DNA from: Octopus bimaculoides
Lineage: Eukaryota
Length of the DNA stretch: 64,000 nt
NCBI RefSeq assembly: GCF_001194135.2
Contig: NC_068996.1
Coordinates: 6,329,848 to 6,393,847 of the forward strand
Reading direction: 5' to 3'
Part shown: positions 51,933 through 63,998 of the stretch, piece after piece
Position numbering within the stretch: position 1 is the stretch's first letter
Layout: every line of letters begins with the position of its first letter
Program-made: the position numbers and the translations under genes
Notes under the pieces: model-generated
The model's input: the letters and a program-made list of their open reading frames with translations, nothing else
The model's database searches: none
What the model was told of the DNA's origin: nothing

Positions 51933-53119
51933 CAGAGATACATGCACACACACACAGACACTCAAAAAGACAGACACTCCCAGACATGCACATGCTCTCA
52001 CAAAGACACACACACACTCATAGAGACATAAATGCACTCGCAGAGACATACACACACTCACAGACATACACACATACTCACAGACATACACACATACTCA
52101 CAGACATAAACAGACCCTCACACATTCTAAATAAAACAAAAAAAACTGCAAATAAACTATATTCTTGTATATCGCGTTTACCATCACAAGAAAGAGCCTC
52201 CACACAATTACATGAAACTGCTAGAAATAGCAGCCACACTTTTCTTGCACTATATATTAATGTCTTCTTTAAGAGAAAAGGGAAGGGCATATTGAATAAT
52301 GTAATTTGAGGTTAACTATGTCTGAAAAGTATGGGATAGTCATGGCTGGAATGCCTTTGACCATAAATATCAAATGTGAATACATAATGTAGTACCACTT
52401 GGTTTTTTTTAAAGAAAAGACTAACAATGATTAAATATGAATTATTGTTTTGCTCATTTAAGATTCAAACATTGTGTGTACGTGTGTGTGTTAATAAAAA
52501 GATTGCATTTGTGAATGCTTATATAATGGCAATCAAATTCTCACAGTCAATGAATAAGGGAAAAGCTTCATGAGGAGGAAGTAGAGGCCAGAATTTTGAG
52601 GTATAAAAATCAATTCAGCAACGGTGAGAATTTTAGTTTGGTGAGAAAGAAGCAGAAGACTACAATCAGCTGGGAATTAGCCAAGCTTGACTGCAGAAAA
52701 GGAGTAGATAGCAACATTTTACTGTGAACCCAAAGAAAATTATGTACACAAAAGGTTCAGGTTAATAAGAAGAATTTCATACATAAAAAACGATGCACAT
52801 GAGTAGATAATAGTGAGTTCACTAAAAGAAAAAAAATGAAGTTTCTCAATTTCCCAGGATTGCTGGAAGAAGATGATAATAGTTCCTGGTGTTGCAAAAG
52901 CATAGAATGCAGAGTAAAACTGGGCTAGAAAATGTTTATATATATATAGTTTTAGGGAAAATAACCAGGTTTCAAGAACTCATCGATGAAAATCCACTAT
53001 TTTATCTATAAAGCTCAATTTAATTTTAATTTTTTATAAATTGATTTTAATTGAGTTTTTACCTGTAATTTTGGATTTTGTCCCTAATATTATTATATAT
53101 ATATATATATATATATATC

Positions 53120-53316
53120 TTATCTTTTACTTGTTTCAGTTGTTTGACTGCGGCCATGCTAGTGCATCTTGAAGGGTTTTATTTGAACAAATCAACCCTA
53201 GGATTTGTTTGCTTAAAGCCTACTACTAATTCTATCAGTTTCATTTGCCAAACTGCTAATGTTATAGGGATGTAAACACACCACCACCAGTCGTTAAGCA
53301 GTGGTGGGAGATGAAG

Positions 53317-53369
<53 letters not shown>

Positions 53370-54648
53370 CATACATTCATACATATATACAGGGGTTGGA
53401 CAAAATAACGGAAACCCCTAGCATTATAATATTGAAATATCTATAAAACCGTCAAAAGCTTGTTTATTGATTTATTATTAGTGTTGCTTAATATGTTTTG
53501 CTAAAATTGCTGTTTCTTTTCAGATATCATCAGAAAAAGATAATTAAAATTCAATAAAATGACAGATCTGTTGGACTTTCAAAAAGGTCAAATTGTTGGT
53601 GCTTGTATGGCAGGTGCTAGCGTAATGAAAACAGCTGAAATGTTTGGTGTATCAAGAAGTACTGTCTCGAGAGTAATGACAGCCTTTGAGAAAGAGGGAA
53701 AAAAACCCTCCTCATTGAAGCAAAACTCCGGAAGAAAGCCAAAACTTTCAGATAGGGACCGTTGGATTCTTCTTACGCAAATTGTGAGAAAGGATCATAA
53801 AAGTACACCTCCCCAAATTACTGCAAAGCTTAATGACAACCTCGAGAACCCAGTTTCCACAAAAACTGTTCACCGGGAGCTGCACAAAGCCAGATTTCAC
53901 AGGAGGGCTGCAATAAGAAAACCACTACTTTCAAAAACAAACGTTGCAAAACATCTAGAATGGAGTAAAAACCTACAGAATTGGTCCCTAGAGCAGTGGA
54001 AGAATGTTATTTTCTTGGATGAGTCATCCTTTACCTTATTTCTGATCACTGGCTGAGTATAAGTGTGGAGACAGCTAAAAGAAGCATTTGACCCAGACTG
54101 CCTTCTTCGAATTGTTAAACATGAAGGAGGATCTATGATGATCTGGGGTGAGGGCTATATCTTGGAAATCTGCCAGCCCAATGGTTTCCCTTCATGACAG
54201 AATTAATAGTCAATACTATTTAAGCATTTTATCTGATCAAATTCATCCTATGGTTGTGGAACTGTTTCTGGTGGGAAGCGCAGTCTTTTAGGATAATAAT
54301 GCACCAATTCACATAGCTAAAGTTGTTACTGAATGGCACAAGAAACACTCTAGTGAAGTTGAACATCTTATCTGGCCACCACAATTCCCAAATCTCAATA
54401 TTATTGAACATTTATGGTGCATTTTAGAAAAACAAGGAGTTGATATCCTCCACCATCATCACTACAAGAACTGGAGACTGTTTTAGCTGAAGAATGGACA
54501 AAAATTCCTTTGGAAACAATTCAAACTTTGTACGAGTCCATACCTCATAGAATTCAAGCTGTAATTACTGCCAAAGACAGTCCTACCCCATATTAAAATA
54601 AATTTGTTGGAAATTTTAAGGTGTTAGCATTATTCTGTCCAACCCCTG

Positions 54649-54681
<33 letters not shown>

Positions 54682-54840
54682 GACAGGCTTCTTTCAGTTT
54701 GTCTACCAAAATCCACTTACAAGGCTTTGGTTGGCCCAAAGCTATAGTAGAAGACACTCACTCAAGGAAATGCAGTGGGACTGAACCTGTAATCATGCGG
54801 CTGGGAAGCAAGCTTCTTACCACACACCATGCCTGTGCCT
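53120..54840 (-). mobile_element. SINE family A copy split by the Tc1-like element
   Basis: The 3' half (53120-53330) and 5' half (54660-54840) flank the transposon, which sits in the SINE's internal (TA)n. Confidence 0.8.
53390..54648 (+). mobile_element. Full-length decayed Tc1-like transposon (apparent DD36E spacing)
   Basis: TIRs CAGGGGTTGGACAAAATAA.. / ..TTATTCTGTCCAACCCCTG with TA on both sides. Transposase 53559-~54595: HTH GVSRSTVSRV, FLDES, F*DNNAPIH, WPPQFPNLNIIEHLW; broken by stops and frameshifts. Confidence 0.93.
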
Positions 54841-55616
54841 ATATGTATTTAACCTATGTTGATAACAAAGAGTTTTTTCTCTCAGAGGTGTGCACATTTA
54901 TCCAAAAGTGTAATAATATTGTGCATGAATATAAAAACAAGTGTACTGTGAGAAAAACTGGACATTGGCAGTCTCTGCTGTAGTGTGCAAGAGAAAATAT
55001 TGTGATAGTAGTGACAGTATGTGGTGTTTATGAAGATTAGTAGATGAGTGAAAAAGTGACAAATGAAGCATAAAGGAGCTTTGTGGAAGAGAATGGCATG
55101 AGTTTGGCAAAAGCTTGGGTAGAGATAATGAGGGCTGATCATCTCAGGATGTTAAGCTTCACAAAGGAGAAGACAAAGGACTTTGCAACTTGAGCAGAGA
55201 TGTTGAAACTGAGCTTCTAAAAGCCAACATAGAAAAAGTAAATAAAAAATGATGATGATGATAATGTATTACATTTACACTGTGAAGGTTTGTGGCCTAG
55301 GAGTGGTTAGGGTTAGGGTTAGGGTGTTGCACTTATGATTGCAAGATTGTCATTTCGATTCCCACACTAGCAGTCATTGTATTCTTAAGCAAAACCACAC
55401 TTGATTTCACTCTGGTCCAGAGTTAATGTTGGCCTGTCCACCTAGCCTAAGGGGTGGCACCATTTGAAAGTTACAACAATGTAAGGAAGCTCATTGTGAC
55501 CAGCAGTGTACAACAACAACCGAGTTTGGTTGATACGGAGATATTTATACCATGCTGCAATCAGTTTGATCTTTCATCATTACAAGGTATCTTATTCTTG
55601 GATGCGTAGATAGTAC

Positions 55617-55638
55617 CTGACCGAATTCAATGGTACAA
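55617..55638 (-). CDS. Candidate 22-nt micro-exon (xVPLNSVR) upstream of exon 43324-43610
   Basis: Long pyrimidine tract tttactctttgccttattcctcaatatttacAG|TTGTACCATTGAATTCGGTCAG|GTacta. A phase-1 start gives a phase-2 end, which joins the phase-2 start at 43610 (AG|G = Arg). Confidence 0.3.
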
Positions 55639-58600
55639 CTGTAAATATTGAGGAATAAGGCAAAGAGTAAACTGAATCAAAATTGTAATGAAGATAGACG
55701 TAAATATGAAAAAGATTTCTGCATCTCTAAAGAGGAAGTTAATAGTCTGAAAAGTATTCATAATCTCATAAACAGCAACGTATCTCAGACAGACATTTAA
55801 CATTATGTATACATACATCCACTACATCATTTTCTACAAATAAATGATTAAGAGAAAATATATTGCTTCAAACAAAGAAAACATTACAAAAAAAAAATGT
55901 TGATAAATAAATATAACTGAAGAACATAAATCTTATGTTTTCTCCCTCACACAGACACTCGACCTTGAGACAGAAATAACAAGGAAATAAAAAGTAATCT
56001 GCATTATCAGCATTCTTTGTCTTTTATTTTAATTCCATTCATACATACAATGCTTTAAAAGAATATTAAACAGATTCCAATACTTTATTGCATTATTTTA
56101 TTGACACTAAAAGAATGAAAAGCAAAGCTGACCTTAGTAGAATTTGAACTCAGAGTAAAAGGATGCAACTAAACACTGCAGGAATTTTGTCTGTTGTTGT
56201 AATGATTCTGCATGTTTTGTTATCATATTTCTGTTGAAATACATTGCTATTGTTTCAACTGATTTAGAAAACAATGCAGAGTTTAGTAAAATAACTGTTT
56301 TTGTTTAGCTAGTGTCTAGAACAAATTAGCATGAAATTTTGATGCAAGATTTTAATTCAGATCATTTTAAAACAATGTTTGTTTCATAGAACCATAAGCA
56401 TTTCTGGGCAAGCTGGTACCAAAAGAGTTAAACAGTTATTAAAAATTAGTACTAAGGTAGTAAGTTAACAGAAATGACTCGGCACCAAATTAAATTCATC
56501 ACAGTATTTAGTAAGAATCAACTTTCTTTCATTCCTTTCAATGATTTATTAAATCAATTCTGGCAATTCTCGGTTAATTCAGTCTGCTATTCTATACAAA
56601 CCAACAACTCTGCAACAATTAACCTGGTGTCAATCTAAGAAATCAGCCTCAACTCAAAATAAATTAGTGCTGTCATTGTAAATTAGAGTCGTAATTGTAA
56701 ATAGTGAAGGAAAAGAGCTGAAACTAAATTTACCATTAACATGAAATTAACCCACAATGTTAATTATAGTTAACATTCAATGTTGAGTGATAATGACTTG
56801 GAAACAATTTTAGTTCACAAATTTCTCACTTGTAATGGAAGTCTTAAATCACTGCCATTTATTTATAGTCCTGTTTCTGCAATTTTCGTATGTAATTTTT
56901 AGAAAGTAATGGGAATAAATATGATCACAAATGCTCGAAGTAGGTAGGGTGTCAGACAACACAATTTGTCAAGCAATTAAAGGTTCATGGACATGTCCTT
57001 TTTCTTTTATACAAGATTGGTCTAGAAGAAGCGGTTAAGCTCATGACCTTTGCAAGCCTACCAATATCAAGGAAGCTGATGCTGTTACTGTTTCTCTTGA
57101 ACACTTACACATCAATATGACTAAAGAATGAGTTCCAAACAGTCCGGGCATAGTGTTTAATGTGAGAGCAAGTGGTGGTGGGGGTGATTAGACTTAATGA
57201 AGGAGATGAATGAGAAGCTTTTCAAGTCTTTTTAATGTGAATATCAATATACGTAAAGGAGGCTCCAATCTGAAACTCTGCCAAATCAGATTGGAGCCTG
57301 GTGTAGCCATCTGGTTCACCAGTCCTCAGTCAAATCATCCAACCCACGCTAGCATGGAAAGCGGACATTAAATGATGATGACGATTATAAAAAAGGTGCT
57401 TTAGCTTATACTTAACATTAAAATACATGCAAAAAATCATATCTATGTTGAAACACTGAAGTCAGAAAAATTAGCTCTAATTTTTAAAAAGCAATATAAC
57501 TGAATCTTTACAGAGTTTCCTAAGAATATGGGGATAATAATTTTTCACCTGTATAAAGACCCCCTTCAGTCATGAATGACCATAGGATTGCACTTAGTAA
57601 GTTCCCCTCTGAAGTATAAGCCTGGATGAAGTTGTTTATGGAAGACCAGCAGTCGGCCATGCATACCAGCCTCCCCTCTCCACGCCACTGATGTTATCCA
57701 AGAGAAAGGCAAAGGGGCCGATACAGCTCGGCACCAGTGACGTTGCAACTCATTTCTACGGCTGAGTGAACTGGAGTAAACGTGAAATAAAGTGTCTTGC
57801 TCAAGAACATAACACACAGCCTGGTCAAGGAATTGAACTCACAACCTCATAATTGTGAGCTTGACACTAAGTACTGAGCCATGCACCTCCACTATCACCT
57901 GTGTGGAAAAAGGCAAATAGCAATCACATAACCCTGTCATCAGAATGGTCTATAGTTACAGTGGCACATATTCAAAATGCTTCTCTCCAATTATGATAAT
58001 TTTGGATGGCTTTGCCTCATATATAGAGCATTATGCATCAAATATAAATAACAGCATCGCAGTAAAAGGATCTATGATGCTTATTAGGTGTGAGAAAATT
58101 TGAATGTCAGCCAATTCCAACTTCATTAATTATATCTCAGCCCAATTATATATTAAGAAATTATTTATAAAAATATAAGGATAATTGTCTTCAAATATAA
58201 GAGAGTGCACAACCAGACAAAAACATCCAGGTGCTTTATGTGTGTGTGTGTGTGAAAAATATATGTAAAACTACATTCATACACATACATACACCTTGTT
58301 ATAGAAAAATGAAAACCTAGCAGAACAATATGGATAATATTTACATCACTTCATTCAGTGTGTATGCCTAGGTAATACATTGTGGAATGACTGGTGCACT
58401 TTTTGCTGTACAACAGCTACACCAACTCAGCAGGAGTAATTTTATTCTAAAAGTCTTTCTATGACACACACACACAAACATGTGCACATGCGACACATAT
58501 AATCATTGCCTGCTTTCCATGCTGGCATTGGTTGGTTGGCTGGGAACTGCTGTGTGCTTGGAAAAAGTTTCCAAACCACACCTGTTTCCAAGTCAGTAAC

Positions 58601-59327
58601 ATTCCCCATAGATCACTGAAGAACAAATAGTTCAATATTTGGACATATTTCTGCAGAATACTGCAAGCAAATGAGAGGTGACTTCGTTTACAATCAGGCA
58701 AATATATAGACGAGCAAGATGCACAAATGTACACACACACGAGAGGCTTCTTGCAGTTTCTGTTTCTGAAAGGTACTCACAAAGAATTAGTAGCTTTAGG
58801 GCTATAAACATTTACCCAAAGTACCACACTGAAACTGAACCACCAACCATATAGTTGAAGTGGTGAAGCTGATCTTAGAAGACTATCCCTCATGTAGATG
58901 GTATCAAAGGATAATAACAAGACATACCAGGTTGGAAAAGAGCTATCCAACCCATGCATGTATGAGAAAAAAAATGTTTGTAAAATGACAATTACGATGA
59001 TATATAACAAAATATAATCTTGTAGTTTCTTATTCTGTGATATTTCAGAAATAACTGGAAATGCTTACACCAAATAGTAATCTAAGACACAGATAGAAAC
59101 ATCAAAGAACTATTTTTTTCCTTCAAATTTGTTATTTGATACTGTTCATTTCTGAGAAGAAAAAAAAAAAAAAATCCTGGCAACATGAAAGTTGCAACAA
59201 TGTGTAACTGTAAGTGTTGCACAGATTGTGCATCAAAAAGTGAACTTATAACTGAAGGCTAGACATAAAGCAATCGATCACTGATGCATTGGCAATGTTT
59301 ACTTTTAAATGCACTTATGTACTACAA

Positions 59328-59597
59328 CAGCAGTTTCCAACCTTTTTTTTTTGCACCACAAACCAATTTCATGTAAGACAATTTTTCCACAGACTGGGAA
59401 ATCACATGCATCACAAAACACAATAAAGTGCATTATATATAATACATATATTACACATATAATGCAAAGACACCCTGTAGACTACAACAGTCAATAAAAT
59501 AGAAATGAAATTTAAAACTATATCCTTTCCAGGTGACTCGGTACCAAATGATCCACAGTCCAGTACTGGTCTGTAGCCCAATGGTTGGGGACCCTTG
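59328..59597. mobile_element. hAT-Charlie-type MITE (MER20-like termini)
   Basis: CAGCAGTTTCCAACC / GGTTGGGGACCCTTG; TSD-like tactacaa / taatacag. A partial relative sits at ~11177-11352 inside the old RTE. Confidence 0.75.
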
Positions 59598-61004
59598 TAA
59601 TACAGAATAAACCTATAGAACGATGATGATGATGATGATGATTTCAGTCAACTCTGCAGGGGAAAATAAACTTAATGATATCAAGACAAGAAGACACCAA
59701 CACATACATAGACATGATGGGCTTTTGGCAGTTTCAAATCCACTCATAAAGGTTTGGTCAGCTCAGAGCTATAGCAAAAATAGCACTTGCCCAAAGTGTA
59801 GCATAACCCAGATTGAACCCTGAACCATGTGGTTGGGAAGCAAGCTTCTTAACCACACAGCTATGCTGGCACTTATTGTTAATATAAACTAAAAAGTTTT
59901 ACAAAATTTATAGTAAAGAGAATAGTGATGTTTTTTGTTGTTGTTTTCTAACATTGGTCAAAAGCTTAGACAGGGAGGAAATAAAGTTGCCCAAGTGATT
60001 GTCCTCAAAAAAAAAAAAAAAGATGTGATAAGTATGGTTGAAAAGGGCTTCATCATAGAGTTGCTCATTGAAATTGACCTGAGGTGCAACAACAGCAATA
60101 ATGACAAACAACATCAGCAACCAGACTAATGAAAGAACCTTTGCGTGATTGCTCAAATTGCAAGAAATAGCAGTTATATCTCCCCCAAATCATATCCCAC
60201 TGCCTTGCATATAAGCACACACACACACTAAGTTACTGTAATCCTAGAAAGGGTCATGGCTGGACCATCTTTGATCATCACTGCAGCAATAATTAAAAAA
60301 CAAAACTTCATTCTAAGTCATACCCCACTGTCTTAAATATAAGATGAAGGGGACAGACCCCCACCCCCACGCACCTACAGACATGACTCTAAGGAAAAAA
60401 TAGAAGGTAGCTGAAGATTGAACTTATAGAGCCTAGTAATGAGTGCTAGCAATAAGACGTGTTAACATTTTTAGGTGTCATGGAGGTAAAGAGACATATG
60501 GCTATAATTGAGTAAATTAGAAACTGATGCAAGTTAAAAACAACAACAACAAAACAAAAACAAGAGTGAAGAGCAGAACACCACCAAATATTAAGTGGGG
60601 ACACAAGACAAACAAAAATTAATACTGTATCATGGAAAAATTAGGATAGAAATTGCACTTGAATACCTAGACAAAATGGAAGCAGACATCTCAGACAGTT
60701 GGAGACAGCTTATAAAGCTTCCACAATTGGTCCAGTTACATAAATACACCTAAAACAAACAACTAGTAACAGCAGCCAAAGTTTTCTCTTTCTGTCTGTC
60801 TGTCTGTCTGTCTCTCTCAAATCACCCCCTAATAAGGAAAAGTACACACATTAGATAATGTCAGTAGTCTTAGATGCCAAAGGGGTGGTCATAACTAAAA
60901 ATGCCTCTTACATCAAGGGTTGACCTGGGGAGTGGTTAAATAATAACTAATAGTAAGACACAGAATTACAGAATGACAAATATTATGATGGCATACGTGT
61001 GTGC

Positions 61005-61044
<40 letters not shown>

Positions 61045-61453
61045 AAAAGAAGATATATATATATATAACTACTCTACGAATAAGATAGCAAAACAATATA
61101 CTATTTAATAGAAACAGGTAGGCACACTCAAACAACACACAGAGATACAGAGAGACATCACCAGGAAAACATATGTCAGAAACACTAACAAAACAAAAGC
61201 AACCAAAGAAAGAATTAATGACAGCAACGGTGATAATAATAGTCTCAAATGTTGGCACAAGGCCTGCAATTTTATTAGGAGTAGGTGAGTTGATTACATC
61301 AACCCCGGTGCTACTACTCCTACTACTACATTTTTACCAATACCAAAAGGATACAAGGCAAAACTGACTCTCGTGAGATTTGAATTCAGAATGAAAAGAG
61401 CCAGAACAAATACCACAAAATAGTTTTTCCAGAGCTCTAACAACAACAACAAC

Positions 61454-61487
<34 letters not shown>

Positions 61488-61492
61488 GTAAC

Positions 61493-61880
61493 CTTTAGGA
61501 GGGACAAACAAGTGTGCCTAATAATTGACACGGCAGTGCCTGGAGATCGAATATCATCAAGAAAGAAAGAGAAAAGATCGATAAATATGGAGAGCTGAGA
61601 ATTGAGATTGCTAAAATGTGGCAGCTACAAGAATCAAACAAAGTTTATCCCTATTGTCATTGGAGCATTGGGTTCAATACCACCCAATCTGTAAACTTTA
61701 GAAATATCCTACAATCTATGTGTACTGTAAAAGCCGGCGTTACTTGGAACTGCATGCATATTGCGTAAAGTACTGTCTGTCTGAAGTCCTTGTGACTTGA
61801 CAAACAGTACAACCCTCCCGGTAGACACAATATCTTCAATCAACAACTTCACGATATTGTATACTGTGTGACGTCTATTA
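61493..61880 (+). mobile_element. 3' fragment of an R4/Dong-clade non-LTR retrotransposon (restriction-like endonuclease domain)
   Basis: CLIIDTAVPGD..KEREKIDKYGELRIEIAKMWQL..IPIVIGALGSIPPNL..L*KPALLGTACILRKVLSV* shows the PD-(D/E)xK RLE signature. (TAA)n tracts lie on both sides. Confidence 0.8.
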
Positions 61881-62470
61881 AATAATAATAACAATAATCC
61901 TTTCTAATATAGGCACAGGGTGTGAAATTCTTTTTTTTAAGGGTGGGGAACTAGTTGATTACATCAAATACTACACAACAACCTTATGGTTGATATGAAT
62001 GGGTTATCAATTCAAATGCACTTGAGTACCGTGTACAATCAATGGAAAAAATCAAACAAAGTTTAAAAGAAAAAGGTGGAAGTTGTAAATGAAGACTGAG
62101 GTATACACACACATGCACCATGATTTTTATTGATAGTTGCTTCAAAGTTTTACTGGGTGTGTCACAACTTATATTAAGTCACTGACAACAATATTATAAG
62201 AATTAGCTTCTACACATGAATTGAGTTCTTTATTAAAATGAAATTATATACAATATATAAAACATCATCATCATCCTCATCATCATCGTTTAACGTCCGC
62301 TTTCCATGCTAGCATGGGTTGGGCGATTTGAGTGAAGAGTGGTGAACCAGATGGCTGCACCAGGCTCCAATCTGATCTGGCAGAGTTTCTACAGCTGGAT
62401 GCCCTTCCTAATACCAACCACTCCGAGAGTGAGCATTAATGAAACACACACACACACATGTATATACATA

Positions 62471-63330
62471 CGAGGGGATACCCAAAAGAAACTAGAATTT
62501 TGCAATATTATTTTATTCACTTTTACATGTTTACATGTTTATCACCTTCAAAGTATTCTCCATTTAAAGCCATGCATCGGTCCAGACATGTTTTCCACAC
62601 TTTTAAGCAGTCCTGGAACTCTTGCAAAATGATGTCTTTTAATGCCTCTGCCGTTTTTGTCTTCACCTCTTCTAAATCTGAGAAACACTTTCCTTTCAGG
62701 ACTTTTTCCATTTGGGAACAAAACAAATCAGAGGGAGCAAGATTGGGTGAATAGGGAGGGTAGGTAAGCAGGGTCATGCCATTTTTGGTTAAAAACTGTC
62801 TTATACTCAAGGCAGGCACATTGTTGTGATGAAACCACCACTCTCCAATTTGCTACAGGTTGGGATGTTTTCATCTTACCACATCTCGCAAACACTTCAG
62901 AACTTCTGAGCAAAATGTCTGGTTAACAATTTGACCAGGAGGAACAAATTCTGTGTCAACAATTCCTTTCTCATTGATGAAACAAATCAGCATTGTCTTG
63001 ACATTGATTGCTTCCACTGACTTGATTGCTGCTTTGGTTCCAGGTTGTAGTTGTAGCACCAGCTTTTGCCACCAGTGATGACCTTTGAAAAAAGGTTCAG
63101 GTGAACTTCCAACTGTTCTTTTCAGTTCATGACGTGTGTTCAGTCGTGACTGCTTTTGATCTTCTGTAAGCAAGCAAGGCATAAATTTTGCTGCAACTCT
63201 TTTCATTCGCAACACCTAGCTCAAAATTTGTTGGCAGGAGCTCCAGGACACACCAATCACGTCAACAAGTTCATCAATTGTTTGGTGATCGGCCTCCAAG
63301 ATCAGTTCAAACTTCTATGACTTCATCAAA
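62471..63330 (-). mobile_element. Mariner (DD34D-type) 3' two-thirds, 5'-truncated
   Basis: TA|CGAGGGG terminus at 62471. Peptides KRVAAKFMPCLLTEDQKQSRL, KTMLICF, EFVPPGQIVNQTF, YPPYSPNLAPSDLF, LDRCMALNGEYFEGD. Confidence 0.9.
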
Positions 63331-63667
63331 CCCCAATTTCTGGCCTCCTAGTTACACTGATTGTAATCCCATGGATTACTATGTGTGGGGTGTAGTTGAG
63401 AAAGACACAACAGCTCTTCCTGCAACACCAAGGCCAAGATGATGGCCATGGAGATCTTCCCAGGGACAGTGAGAAACACATGCGGCAGGTTCAAGAACTG
63501 TCTTGGATCTGTGGTGGAAGCTGAGTGTGGCTACTTTGAGCAAATTGTTATCCCCCAGCCACAATTTAGCTGATATTTTCTGATTTTTTAAAATACCTTT
63601 ATTCCTGGATGGAACATTGTTTTCTTTCTTTTTATGCAAACTATCAAATTTAGCCCAAACACCCAGG

Positions 63668-63668
<1 letters not shown>
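63331..63668 (+). mobile_element. 3' fragment of a maT/DD37D-like Tc1/mariner transposon
   Basis: PNFWPPSYTDCNPMDYYVWGVVEKDT...GRFKNCLGSVVEAECGYFE resembles the maT C-terminus (WPPSSPDLNPLDY.VW). Ends in a degenerate ..CACCC(AG)G|ATATA terminus. Confidence 0.7.
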
Positions 63669-63698
<30 letters not shown>

Positions 63699-63699
63699 T

Positions 63700-63946
63700 T
63701 TATGAAAAAAACAACAACAGACGAGGACAGGTGGTGTAAACAACAAAAGGATGTTTTAGTTTGACGCTCGGGAATACGGAAAGTCTTTAACGTTTCAAGC
63801 TACTTTCTTCAACAAGGAGAAAAAAATTTGAATGTAGTGGTCAGCGATCTATCATGGCGACTGCCGGACAGAAAGTTCACACAGGAGAGCTAAGAAAAAG
63901 GGGAGATAACAAAAGGGGAAAGAAGCGGTGATCCAAATACGAGAAG

Positions 63947-63950
<4 letters not shown>
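63700..63950 (-). mobile_element. Penelope-like terminal repeat relic with a degenerate minimal hammerhead
   Basis: Minus strand 63826-63787 reads ccttg-TTGAAGA-AAG-tag-CTT-GAAACGTT-aa: CUGANGA with one mismatch, a short stem II, and the palindromic GAAACGTT typical of PLE hammerheads. Confidence 0.45.
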
Positions 63951-63998
<48 letters not shown>

